A stretch of 64,000 nt of DNA from Pelagomonas calceolata (lineage: Eukaryota), in assembly GCA_918797485.1 (NCBI GenBank), contig CAKKNE010000004.1:3720001-3784000 (forward strand), in the 5' to 3' direction. The notes below the pieces were generated by a model. That model did not search any database, was not told the DNA's origin, and was given only the letters and a program-made list of their open reading frames with translations. Shown here piece after piece: positions 50,544-60,307 of this stretch. Every line of letters begins with the position of its first letter. The first letter of the stretch is position 1. The position numbers and the translations under genes are program-made.

Positions 50544-51839
50544 CTAACTCTTTTTTACACCACTCACGGCGCCGGGCATCCGCGCGAGGGGCCCGAAGGC
50601 CGAGCACGTCTTGAGGTAGCACTGGCTCCCCGCCAGGGTCCAGGCTCGACATGATGGCGTCTTCTGGCACTTGACGCAGCAGTCCGCCGGGTGCGCGCCG
50701 CCACTTACAGCCAGGTCGCACCTTCCTTTGAACGCGTCCACATCATTCCGAACTTCATAAGAAGCGCAGGCCGACGCGTCGGGCACGGCGCCCGGGATGC
50801 TCCTGGCATACGTCTCGTAGTAAAAAGCTGCCAGGTTCGGGAAGCGGTCGTACTGGTGTACCACAGAAACGACGTCGCCGCGCGGATTGGCCACCTTATG
50901 TGAACGCGGGTCTACTGACGCGACTTTAGCCTGGAGGTTCGCAACTAATGCTGTTCGTTGTGAGACAATGACGGCGTGCTTCACCTCGTTCTCATGCATC
51001 AACACGTTGTGCACGCCCTGGTCCACCCCATTTCTTTCACAGGGTGCGAACTGGGCATCAGAAACGACCTCGGCCATCTGCGCCGCATAAAGACGACCCT
51101 CCTCGAACGTCGCGATGGACACGCCGGAACAGACGATGGGTTTTGAGGCGAGCTTCCTTCTTTTCGCCTCTCCAAAACAGTCGCGGATCCAACCGCCGTT
51201 CCAGCCGCACTCGCCGATCGTTCTGGATTCCACTCCATTGAACCCGTAGAAGACTTGTTGGGTAGTGAGCATCGCGCCGAAGGGGTCTGATTGAAAGGCC
51301 GTATCGCGCACGTCCGCAAATAAAACACCTCGGTAGTTCCTTGCTCGTCGTTTGTCGAGCTCGCGCGAGATCAGGGGCCACCGCAACGTCGACGCGTGGA
51401 ACTTGCGGAGTTGCGGCGGTTGCAAGGTGGCGGGGTCGTAGGGAATCAGATCCACAGAAAACCGTTCGACGATCGTATGCAGCGTCCGATCGATCGACGG
51501 CCGATCCACAAAAAGGACGAGGTCGCAGTTTGTGGTGGTCTGTCGTAACGACGCCGCGAAGACGGCCAAATTCTTGGCGTCGATCTCCTTCGCGAGGCCG
51601 ATGACGAGGTCCTTCGTGCCGCTACTCGCAGGCGCCACGACCGGTTGTGCTGGCGTCGCCTCTACCGGCTGGACCGGCGCGCCGTGCTCGGCGAGCAGCG
51701 CGCGCGCCGAATTAATAGTAGCGTAGTACGGCGCGAGGTCCACGGGCGGCGGCGGCGGCGCGCTGAGGTAGTGCGACGTGAGGAGCAGGTAGGGCACGGC
51801 CAACGCGATGACGAGCGCGAGGGAATTGCGGAGGTTCAT
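50544..51839 (-). CDS. Type II membrane glycosyltransferase-like protein with C-terminal PAN/apple domain
   Basis: N-terminal TM segment; FADVRDTAFQSDPF, DQGVHN, VVHQYDR; CCVKC...CRAWT...CYLK. Confidence 0.8.
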   Translation of the reverse strand: MNLRNSLALVIALAVPYLLLTSHYLSAPPPPPVDLAPYYATINSARALLAEHGAPVQPVEATPAQPVVAPASSGTKDLVIGLAKEIDAKNLAVFAASLRQTTTNCDLVLFVDRPSIDRTLHTIVERFSVDLIPYDPATLQPPQLRKFHASTLRWPLISRELDKRRARNYRGVLFADVRDTAFQSDPFGAMLTTQQVFYGFNGVESRTIGECGWNGGWIRDCFGEAKRRKLASKPIVCSGVSIATFEEGRLYAAQMAEVVSDAQFAPCERNGVDQGVHNVLMHENEVKHAVIVSQRTALVANLQAKVASVDPRSHKVANPRGDVVSVVHQYDRFPNLAAFYYETYARSIPGAVPDASACASYEVRNDVDAFKGRCDLAVSGGAHPADCCVKCQKTPSCRAWTLAGSQCYLKTCSAFGPLARMPGAVSGVKKS

Positions 51840-52056
51840 CCTTTTGATCGGTTCCTAGCTTTTCGGCGCCGCGTGGGCCAAACAACCGATGATGTAGTGC
51901 CTCTCCGGCAAATGCCACAGGAGCACGTAACTTCCAAAAGCGATCGATAGAAGCTGAGCGAGGCTGATCGCTGGGCTGTATCCAGTGATTGGCGAGCGCG
52001 GGCAGCGTAGCGCCGAGCAAATGGCTCGAAACGCCCTTGGGGCCAGGGGCAGCGAG

Positions 52057-52078
52057 CTAGCGGTCTGTAAGACACTAG
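52057..52078. promoter_or_regulatory. CTAG-pair upstream motif
   Basis: ctagcggtctgtaagacactag, 218 bp upstream of ATG 51839. Confidence 0.6.
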
Positions 52079-52107
52079 CAAACGCCGTCGAACAACGCGT
52101 CACCCCA

Positions 52108-52127
52108 CTAGTCCTAGCACCGTAACA
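52108..52127 (-). repeat. 3'-flank motif TGTTACGGTGCTAGGACTAG
   Basis: 95 nt after the RAD23 stop, in sense orientation. Confidence 0.7.
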
Positions 52128-52221
52128 ACAACATCTCGAAGGACGCCGTCGAGCAACCACGGGAACACCGTCGAGTGCATCAGTTAGTCGGATCCCCCAC
52201 ACGCGCCACGAGGGAGATAGC

Positions 52222-53478
52222 TCAGGAGTACATGTCGTCGTCGTCGTCGGGCTTCGGCGCCGGCGCCGGCGCCGCGGCGTCCGACGAAGCCGGCGCGGGC
52301 GCCGCGGCCGCGGGCGCCGGCGCGGCCGCCGCGGGCGAGTCCGGGAAGACGGCCGTCGGGCCGCCGCCCCCAAACCCGTCAAATAATAAGTTGGCCGCGA
52401 GCGACTCGTTCTTGTCGCACGCGAGGTACGCCTGCGCCGCGTCCTCGCGCGAAAAACCGAGCTCGCAGAGCCGGCCGACGGCCTCGGCCTCCTCGCGCGT
52501 CAGGCGCACGACGTTCTGGGGCGGCGCGCCGCCGCCGCCGCCACCGCCAGCTCCCCGGGGCATGCCGCCGCCGCCCAGCGCGCCCAGGAGCTGCCGCAGC
52601 TGCTCGCGCGGCATATTTTGCATCTGCTGCGAAAACTGCTCGAACTGCTCCGGCGTGAGGCCGATGGTCGCCGCCAACTGCGCCCGTTGCTGGGGCGAGA
52701 TCGATTGCATGGCCCGCGCGAACTGCGCCGCATCTAAATCATCACCGCCCGCACCCATCGCCGGCGCCTCCTGCACGGGCTCGTTCATCATGGCCAGGAA
52801 CTCGGCCTGGTTGTCCTTGATCGTTTGGAGGAGTTGCGGGTCCTCCCGGCCTAGACCCTGCAGGACTTGTTGCAAGGACGCCGGGTTCGCCTGGATCGTC
52901 CTTCGTAACTCATCAAACTGCGGGTGCGACCGCAACACGGCTAGCGGCGACGCCGCCTGGGCCTCGGTCATCTCGACGTTCTGCGACGGCTGTTCTTCCG
53001 GAATGCCGTTCATCAGGAACTCGACGGCCATGTCCACGTTGCCCATCGCGGCCCGCAGCGCGGCTCTACTCTGCTCCTCGTGGCCGAAACCCATGGCGTT
53101 CAGCTGGGCCAGGGCCTCGGGCGAGACGAACTCGTCGTTCTGGGGCGTCGCGGCCGGCGCCGGCGCCGGCGCCGCGGCGGCGGGCGCCGGCGCCGGCGCG
53201 GCTGGAGTAGGAGCGGGCGCCGGCGCCGGCGCCGGCGCCGGGCGCGCGCGCTTGGGCTTCGTGACCATGCACACTAAAAAGGACTGCTCCGTGACGCCCT
53301 TGTCGGCGAGCGTCTCGTCGTCCTTGAGCACCTTGCCGCTATGAATTAACTTCATCATCGCGGCCTTGAGCTCGGGCTGGCTCGTCTCGATGATGTCCTT
53401 GACGGCTTTGATGCTCGCCTCGGGCGCGGCCTCGACCTTGAAGAGGCGGCCCTCGAGCGTCTTGACCTGGACGATCAT
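52222..53478 (-). CDS. RAD23: UV excision repair / proteasome shuttle RAD23
   Basis: UBL (KLIHSGKVLKD), UBA1, XPC-binding (LRSHPQF), UBA2 (AQAYLACDKNESLAANLL). Confidence 0.97.
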   Translation of the reverse strand: MIVQVKTLEGRLFKVEAAPEASIKAVKDIIETSQPELKAAMMKLIHSGKVLKDDETLADKGVTEQSFLVCMVTKPKRARPAPAPAPAPAPTPAAPAPAPAAAAPAPAPAATPQNDEFVSPEALAQLNAMGFGHEEQSRAALRAAMGNVDMAVEFLMNGIPEEQPSQNVEMTEAQAASPLAVLRSHPQFDELRRTIQANPASLQQVLQGLGREDPQLLQTIKDNQAEFLAMMNEPVQEAPAMGAGGDDLDAAQFARAMQSISPQQRAQLAATIGLTPEQFEQFSQQMQNMPREQLRQLLGALGGGGMPRGAGGGGGGGAPPQNVVRLTREEAEAVGRLCELGFSREDAAQAYLACDKNESLAANLLFDGFGGGGPTAVFPDSPAAAAPAPAAAAPAPASSDAAAPAPAPKPDDDDDMYS

Positions 53479-54273
53479 CGTCCTCGCTTTTGATGATGGA
53501 CCTGCGGGCGCGGGAGGGGCGTCGATTGTTTGTGGTGGTTGCGGCGACGACGGCTATGGCTTCTTCTCATGCGCGCGGTGCGCGCGGGCGCCCACACGCG
53601 CTGTGACTCGATCCGTGGAAAGAGGGTCACTGCTCAGCGAGGGGCTACGCGCGCGCCGCGCCGCTTCGACCGCAGCGTCGCAAGTGAGTTGTGGGAATGC
53701 GCTCGCGTTGACTGCGCTGGTGCGCACCTCTAAGCGCCGCTATGCACAAAAGGCGGGGCGTCGTCTCTGCCGAGGCCCTAGAGTGTCTTTGCAACTTTTA
53801 CGAAATGGGAGGGTTCGTTAAAGTCCCCGATGGTTCTTCAAGCCTCAATTTAGGAATCCGGCACCTCGCTGCTAAAATCGCACGATCAAAATAGCGTCGA
53901 CTCACCGCCCGCGACGCCGCGTCGCCTACTGCTGCCGGCTTTGAGGTCCTCCTACCCCTCCTGGAGTGCCGTATACCCGTCGACGGGACACGTGACGCGA
54001 CCGACTGCTACTTGAGCCGCCAGGCAGCCGAGATAAATAAATAGGTTTAACATATCCCGTCGACGGGATATGCTATACGGCCGTATAACGGGATATGTTA
54101 TGGGGCTGGGTTGCGTCTTAACGTGGCCACTTCGTACTGCCAGTGGCTGCAAAAGAACGGCAGTTAGATAGTATGGGGGAGGGATCGCCGAAAAGACCAG
54201 GGATGCTGGGACTTGACCCAGGATATGAGGATCATGAGGAGGGTCCCCGACGGGGCGGGGAACGAGGAGAAGA

Positions 54274-55011
54274 CTACGCAGAAAAACCCAGGTCGAGCGT
54301 CACGTCGGCCTTGTCGCAGAGGCCGCCCGCCATCATGTGGGCGAGGTTGTGGGCGCGGTCGCTGACGCCCGACTTCGCCAGCACCCCGTACACGTAGTCG
54401 AACAGGATGTGCGAGTCGGCGATGCCGCTCATCTTGAGGTACACGTTCGTCTCGTCCATCCACCACACCATGTTCATCGAGGGGTCCTTCTTGACCTTGA
54501 AATGGACGACGGAGTTCGCGCAGCAGCACCACGGCTTGCAGTTGAGGGGATTGCACTGGGTGCACGCCTGCTTCGAGTCGACGTCCACCGCAATAATCGT
54601 GTGCTTGGGGATGACGTTCACGTACGTGTGCGAGTAGAGGCCGAAGCAGTCCGTGTCCATGGACTGCGCCTGGATGCCGCCCTCGAAGAGCGTCAACACG
54701 TTCTGCTCGGTACGGCAGCCGCCCGTGATCGACGGGCAGCAGCCCTCCTTCTTTACCTCGCCCTTGAGGGTGTGCACCACGGCGCCGAAGGCCGACGTGT
54801 TCTCGACGATCTCCATGGGCGCGGGCTGCACCCGGTACATCATCTGCCGAAACGGCTGCTGGATCAGGGGCTGCTGCGCCGGCATCGGCACCGGGAGCTG
54901 GGTTCCTGGCGTCGCGCCGGGCGGAACGACGATGTCAACAGGTCCATTGCTTGTCGTGACTCGCAGGGTTGCCCCGGGCGCGGCTCCCTCCGGGACGGTG
55001 ATGGTCGACAT
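54274..55011 (-). CDS. Hypothetical Cys-rich protein with N-terminal VP-x-G-x-x-PG repeat domain
   Basis: TVPEGAAPG...VVPPGATPG; GCCP and WCCC motifs; GC3-rich. Confidence 0.7.
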   Translation of the reverse strand: MSTITVPEGAAPGATLRVTTSNGPVDIVVPPGATPGTQLPVPMPAQQPLIQQPFRQMMYRVQPAPMEIVENTSAFGAVVHTLKGEVKKEGCCPSITGGCRTEQNVLTLFEGGIQAQSMDTDCFGLYSHTYVNVIPKHTIIAVDVDSKQACTQCNPLNCKPWCCCANSVVHFKVKKDPSMNMVWWMDETNVYLKMSGIADSHILFDYVYGVLAKSGVSDRAHNLAHMMAGGLCDKADVTLDLGFSA

Positions 55012-55229
55012 CGTCACTAATCGCGATCGCGCTGCGCTGAGATGGTATAGTATAGTCTGCGCTGATGATACCAGTTGATACCCGCAAGATTTCAAGATTC
55101 TAGAACCATCCCATGAGCAATCTTGCGAACACGTATGAGATGCTGGGGCGGCTCGAAAAAGAGTCTGCAAATGCGTTCAATGGAGCCGCTGGCGCTAGTA
55201 GGTTAGGTTTAGTTAGGAGCCTACACTCA

Positions 55230-55820
55230 TCAGCCCCCGGGGTTCGGGTTGCCCGCGCCCTGGCGCTCCATCATCGTCTTGAAGCCCGGGCCGTCGCGCG
55301 GCTCCGGCAGGGCGCCCGTGATGACGTAGTCCAGGACGTCGACGACCTGCGACGCGTCCTCGCAGACGGCGAGCGCCGTCGCGTTGACCTCCTTGAGCAT
55401 GTGCGACACGCCCGGCGGGTGCAGCGTCACGAGGGCCTTGCCCTTGGCCGTCGCGTAGCCAGCATCAAAAGCCGCGTTCCACTGGCGGTACTTGTCGCCG
55501 AAGCGCACGACGACGACGTCCGCGTCGTCGATCAGGGTCCGCGTGCGGATCAGGTTCAGGCGCGCGCCTTTGTTGTCGTAGTTCGGTCGCTTCTCCTCGT
55601 CGCCGAGGATGATGGCGCCGCAGTCGTCCGAGTCCTCGTGGCTCGTGTTCGGCGCGTCGATCGTCACGGGCAGGTTGCGCTGGGCCACGCCGTCGCCGAT
55701 GACCTCGCGCCAGTCGCTGTGGATCTCACCACTCAAGTAGACCTTCCACGTCCGGCTGTTCGTCGACGTCGCGAAGCCGCGCGCGGCCGTGCGCCGCGCC
55801 AGGTGTCGGAGAGCGAGCAT
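55230..55820 (-). CDS. YtoQ-family protein (nucleoside 2-deoxyribosyltransferase-like fold) with mitochondrial-type presequence
   Basis: VYLSGEIHSDWRE, HEDSDDCG, VVVRFGDKYRQWNAAFDAGYA, HMLKEV. Confidence 0.88.
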   Translation of the reverse strand: MLALRHLARRTAARGFATSTNSRTWKVYLSGEIHSDWREVIGDGVAQRNLPVTIDAPNTSHEDSDDCGAIILGDEEKRPNYDNKGARLNLIRTRTLIDDADVVVVRFGDKYRQWNAAFDAGYATAKGKALVTLHPPGVSHMLKEVNATALAVCEDASQVVDVLDYVITGALPEPRDGPGFKTMMERQGAGNPNPGG

Positions 55821-55845
55821 GTTGCTTGTGTGTGAATCGGTAGTA

Positions 55846-55935
55846 GTTGTGAGAGCAGTTGTGAGAGCAGTGATGCCTCGTGCGAGCAATGTGCAGTTGT
55901 GAGAGCGGTGATGTCCGTGAGAGCAATGTGCAGTG
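55846..55935. repeat. Degenerate tandem repeats (gtgagagca/gcaatgtgcag)
   Basis: Visible repeats immediately upstream of the YtoQ ATG. Confidence 0.6.
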
Positions 55936-56072
55936 ACGCAACAATATGTATGCAAGTGGTCAACAATATGCAGCCGCCGCGAGAAAGCACAGCAAAGAGC
56001 TACTACTTTGACGGCTGGAGCACAGGAAAAGCTTCGTTCACCTTGCGGTGCCTGCGTAAGCCTCTTTGTTTG

Positions 56073-56094
56073 CTAGTGTCTTACAGGCCGCTAG
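56073..56094. promoter_or_regulatory. CTAG-pair upstream motif
   Basis: ctagtgtcttacaggccgctag. Confidence 0.6.
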
Positions 56095-56124
56095 CTCGCT
56101 TTGCGCGCGGCCACGCAGTGAGGT

Positions 56125-56370
56125 TGCCCCGTACCGTTAACGGTACGGGGTGACACAGGCCCTAGTGAGTTTTGCGCCACTAGCATTTAAGCTGTTTTAC
56201 GCCGCTCGTCAGAACGCTGTTCTTCGCCGCTCGCCCTTTCCGCCCCCGTAAAAAAAAAAAAAATAGCGGCGAAAAACAGCGTTCTGACGAGCGGCGAAAA
56301 ACAGCTTAAATGCTAGTGGCGCAAAACTCACTAGGGCCTGTGTGCCCCGTACCCGTAACGGTACGGGGCA
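56125..56370. mobile_element. Foldback MITE-like element with about 106-bp inverted arms and AGGT target-site duplication
   Basis: Arms 56125-56231 and 56265-56370, TG...CA ends. aggt at 56121-56124 and 56371-56374. Spacer contains A14. Confidence 0.85.
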
Positions 56371-56533
56371 AGGTAGGCGTCGCCAATTAGCCAACAGAGA
56401 CGCCGGGGATTGGCGAGACCCGCCTCCAAGCCGCGAGCTACGTCTGAAAGTCGCAAAACTTAGAAAGCTTTCATTGCAATTTTTGACCACTCCTCAGGTG
56501 CTCGCCACCGATCCAAGGTTGGCGGCGTCGGCG

Positions 56534-57150
56534 ATGGCCGTGCTCTCTGTTGTAAACATAGCCGTTTTCACGAATCCGCTCGTGCGGCGCACCGCTCACG
56601 TCCACGGCATCGCGGCGTATTTGTGCCGCTCCGGCGCGAGTATTGCCGGGCTGCTCGCTCTGGTCGCGCACGCGGACGCCGAGCACTCGCAAGCGTCGTC
56701 TGCGCTAGACGACCCCTACGTCCGGGCCAAGAAGCGCGGCGAAAAAGTTCAGCTCGTCTCGCGCATTTTGGTGGCCTTCTACTTCCTCTTTTCAGGCGGC
56801 TTCCTGTGTCCATCGAGCAGACGCCGATGGCGTGGGGGGCAACGCGATCGATCGTCTACGCAGGCGTCTTCGCAAGCTCGAGCACGTGGGCCTTCGTCGT
56901 CGGCATCGGCGGCGCCGCTGCGGTGGCGAGTGGATACAAGTTCACGGTCGCGGCAGGCTTATTGTCCGTCCTCGTCCTGACGCACGGCATCGGCTCCTAC
57001 GCGGCCAAACTCGGCGGACACAAACGCCACCGCGACGCCCTCATGTTCGTGGGCGCGCAGGACCTCTCGGTCCTCGCCGCGCTGCTGCTCCTCGCGGCCA
57101 CGGGCCCGGGAGGTCTATCCGTCGACGCCAAGTACGGGAAAGGCAATTAA
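56534..57150 (+). CDS. SURF4/Erv29/DoxX-like membrane protein, 5' end uncertain or truncated
   Basis: AQDLSVLAALLLLAATGPGGLSVD; QLVSRILV; ASGYK. GC-AG intron 56796-56863 joins two ORFs. Confidence 0.7.
56796..56863 (+). mobile_element. Introner-type GC-AG intron (68 nt)
   Basis: TSD gcggcttc/gcgtcttc (7/8), then ctgtgt..., ccatcgagcagacg..gatggcgtgg, ending ctacgcag. Splicing restores the frame FSG|VFASS. Confidence 0.85.
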
Positions 57151-57159
57151 GATTAAAAG

Positions 57160-58158
57160 TTAGTCCCTAGGCAGACTCTTCAGGAGCTCGTCGACCTCCT
57201 CCCGCGCGGACGCGACGCTCCAGGCGCCGCCGAACGGGTCCGACAGGTCCTCGACGAAGGACTCGATGAGCTGAAAAGCAGCCACGAGCGTGGCGAACAG
57301 GACCGCCTCGAAGCGGAGCGAGCCCAAGTCCACCAACAGGAAGACGGCCAGCAGGATCCTCGAAATGATGACGTAGGAGTAGAGCTTGATCGGCGGTATC
57401 GTCGACGCCAGCGCGGACGCCCGCGCCGACCGGGCCGACACCGCGGCGCCGTACGCGTTGACGGCGCGCGCGCAGACCGCGCCGCCGCCGGCCGCGGCGT
57501 CGACCTCGTCCACGGCCCCCAGCAGCCGCGCGAGCGACGCCTGGTCCGCACCGTCGGCGGCCTCGCCGTCCACCGCATCGCGCAGCGTCTCCGCGTGCGC
57601 CCGGATGGCCCGCCGCGCCTCGCCCAGGTCGGTCTTCTTGCTGCTCCTATTGACGATGTCGCAGACCTCGGCGACGTCGCGGACGGCGAACGCCTCCGCG
57701 AAGAGGGAGTCCTGGATCGCGCCCTGCCGGCTCGACAGCTGCGAGTAGATCGAGCCCAGGATCGTCGAGTAGATCAGGGCGAGCAGGGTCACGAACGGGC
57801 CGAACGCGCCGACGCCCTGGCTCCGGTCGATGCCCAGCACCTCGACGATCGCGACGTTCAGGTAGTCGTTGCCCAGCACGTAGCCGCCGAACGCCGCGCC
57901 GGCCGCGACCACGAGCCTCGAAATGCGGTCCAGGCGCACGCCGCCGACGGTGCGGTCGCCGAAGGTCGACGGCGTAACGCGGTCCACGGACGCGTCGTCA
58001 GCTGTGCTGGACCGCGCGATGCCGGCTTTGGCAGCCCGCCGCGCGGGGCGGGCGCTGGGCACAGGCAGACAGACACCTTTCGACACGGCGGTGCGGAGCG
58101 GAGCAGGCGGCAGCAGTGCGCGCGCATGGCACAGGAGAATCGCTGCTAGCAGCCGCAT
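57160..58158 (-). CDS. Bestrophin-like/DUF4239-type membrane protein, probably plastid-targeted
   Basis: Signal plus transit-like N-terminus, about 4 TM segments, and EDLSDPFGGAWSV. Confidence 0.7.
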   Translation of the reverse strand: MRLLAAILLCHARALLPPAPLRTAVSKGVCLPVPSARPARRAAKAGIARSSTADDASVDRVTPSTFGDRTVGGVRLDRISRLVVAAGAAFGGYVLGNDYLNVAIVEVLGIDRSQGVGAFGPFVTLLALIYSTILGSIYSQLSSRQGAIQDSLFAEAFAVRDVAEVCDIVNRSSKKTDLGEARRAIRAHAETLRDAVDGEAADGADQASLARLLGAVDEVDAAAGGGAVCARAVNAYGAAVSARSARASALASTIPPIKLYSYVIISRILLAVFLLVDLGSLRFEAVLFATLVAAFQLIESFVEDLSDPFGGAWSVASAREEVDELLKSLPRD

Positions 58159-58458
58159 CGTTTTTGGCGCTGCCCGGGCAGCCAGGCGGATGGCAGGCGG
58201 ATCGGAAATCTGATGAAGAGGGCGAATCTAGTGTGTCAATACCCTGGCGCGAGGCGGAAGGATGGCGGGGTTTGCCGAGGCGGTTCTGCTGAGAAGGACG
58301 TATGCTGTTATGAAAGACGCGCCCGGCCCGCCCCCGCCGCCGATGAATGCGACGCGCGGTGTCTCGCCCCCCAGGTGCTCCGCCCACTAGTCCTGGCCGT
58401 ACAGATAACCCACGCGGCGCGCGCCGGAGCGGATCCAACACTACAGGTAAGGTTCTCG

Positions 58459-60009
58459 TTACACAGGCGCCGGCTCGCGGTCGAGGCTCCAGAAGACGTT
58501 CGCGACGGACGCGCCGAGCGCGGCGTCGTTCAGGAGCTTCGTCACGCCCGCGCCCGCCGCCCGCAGGTCCCCGACGCCCTCGCCCATTTCGGGGGTGGGC
58601 TCGAGGTAGACGTCGAGCTCGCAGGCCAGGCCGTTCGGGTAGCGCACGTGCGTCCGCAGCGCCGCGACGGCCGGCTCGTCCGCCAGCGTGTCGGCGACGC
58701 GGCGCTCGAGGTCGGCCTGCGTCGGCAGCGAGGCGACGACGGGGCAGGTCTTCTCCGCCGGCACGACGCGCACCGTCGCGTCCCCGACGCGCGGCGGGCC
58801 CGCGTCGCCGTGGCCGTGCGAGTGCCCGTGCGAGTGGCCGTGCGAGTGCGAGTGCGCGCCGTGGTCCTCGGCCTCCATGTCAAGTAAAGCGACGCGCGCC
58901 GCCTCGGCCAGCTGGAAGCTGGCAGACGTCGACAGGTCGCTGTCCAGGGGCACGACGTCGACGTCGACGCGCAGCTTCCCCGCGATGCTCCGGCCTCTTA
59001 ATGAAGCGACCTGCGCGACGCCCGGCACGGCGAGCACGGCGAAGCGGAGGCGCTCGAGCGCGTCCTGGTCGACCGCATCGCTCAATTCCTGCAGCGCGCC
59101 CGCCGTGATCTGGAAGCCTGTGGCCGCGAGCATCGCCGCAACCGCCAGACCCGCCGCGGCGTCGGCGTGGCGGAAGATTTTGAGCGAGCATCGCGCCGCC
59201 GCGATCCCGACGAGCGCGACGACGGACGACAGCGCGTCGGACCGGTGGTGCCACGCGTTCGCCTCGAGGACGGGCGACCGCAGGCGCTTGCCGACGCGCG
59301 CCGTCGCGCGGAAGAGGCCCTCCTTGGCGACGATGGACACCAGCGCCGCCACCAGGGCGATCTTGCCCGGCTTGAGGCCGAGCGCGCCGTGCGCGTGCAC
59401 GCCGGCGTCGAGCGCGTGCGACGCCGCGCCGGCGCCGGCGGCCACGAGCATGCCGCCCACGACGAGCGCGCCGACGGTCTCGAAGCGGCCGTGGCCGTAC
59501 GGGTGGTCCTCGTCCGCCGGTAATCTTGCCGCGCGCATGGCCACTAATGTCACAACGTCGCTCGCGAGGTCCGAGGCGGAATGGGCCGCGTCGGAGATCA
59601 TCGCGGCGGACCGCCCGTAGATGCCCGCCGCGAGCTTGCCGAACGTCAGGAGCACGTTGACCAATCCGCCGACGACCGTGATGCGGTCCGCCGCCTTCTG
59701 GTCCGCCGAGACGCCGGCCAAGATCTTCTGCGTCGGCGAGGCGAGCAGGTGGCTCGAGGTCCAGTCCGCCAAGGCGGGGTTCAGCCGCCCCGCGACGTGG
59801 CCGGGGATCTTCCACGGCCTTCTCACGGCGTTGAGTAGCGGCCGCGACGCGGTCGCGTCGGCCGTGGCGACGCGGCCGTGGTTCAAGCGCGTCCTGCTTG
59901 GCCTCGCGCGCTCCACAGGGCTGCGCGCCGCGGGAACGCGCACCGCTGGGACGAGTAGCGCCGCAGCGCACCCCAGAAGGAGCAAGACAGCAGGGCCCCT
60001 ACGCTTCAT
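58459..60009 (-). CDS. Cation diffusion facilitator (CDF) metal transporter
   Basis: SAAMISDAAHSASD, DEDHPYGHGRFE, ANAWHHRSD; His-rich tract in the C-terminal domain. Confidence 0.93.
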   Translation of the reverse strand: MKRRGPAVLLLLGCAAALLVPAVRVPAARSPVERARPSRTRLNHGRVATADATASRPLLNAVRRPWKIPGHVAGRLNPALADWTSSHLLASPTQKILAGVSADQKAADRITVVGGLVNVLLTFGKLAAGIYGRSAAMISDAAHSASDLASDVVTLVAMRAARLPADEDHPYGHGRFETVGALVVGGMLVAAGAGAASHALDAGVHAHGALGLKPGKIALVAALVSIVAKEGLFRATARVGKRLRSPVLEANAWHHRSDALSSVVALVGIAAARCSLKIFRHADAAAGLAVAAMLAATGFQITAGALQELSDAVDQDALERLRFAVLAVPGVAQVASLRGRSIAGKLRVDVDVVPLDSDLSTSASFQLAEAARVALLDMEAEDHGAHSHSHGHSHGHSHGHGDAGPPRVGDATVRVVPAEKTCPVVASLPTQADLERRVADTLADEPAVAALRTHVRYPNGLACELDVYLEPTPEMGEGVGDLRAAGAGVTKLLNDAALGASVANVFWSLDREPAPV

Positions 60010-60307
60010 CCTGGCACCGCAGCGACGGGGTTCGGCACTTATTATTGACGAATATCAACGCAGCGGTGGCGTCAACAAGTGCTGCCGCCGAATACGCGCA
60101 GCGGCCTGCCGCAGTGCCTTCTCTCGATCACCGATCATCGATCACCGCTGATCACCGATAGGTTTGCCAGTCAGGAGGTGTGGAACAGCTCTCTGGACAA
60201 CACGCTTTTTTTAGGGCACGGACGCCCACGTCTGTGCCGCACCGGGCGCGGCAGCACGCACACGCATGGGAACTACAAAAGCAAGGTAATATACACACCT
60301 CCGACGA

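Noticed and set aside
16968..52127. Dispersed repeats as a CRISPR array or prokaryotic system
   Set aside because: Not regularly spaced, no cas genes, and the sequence is clearly eukaryotic.
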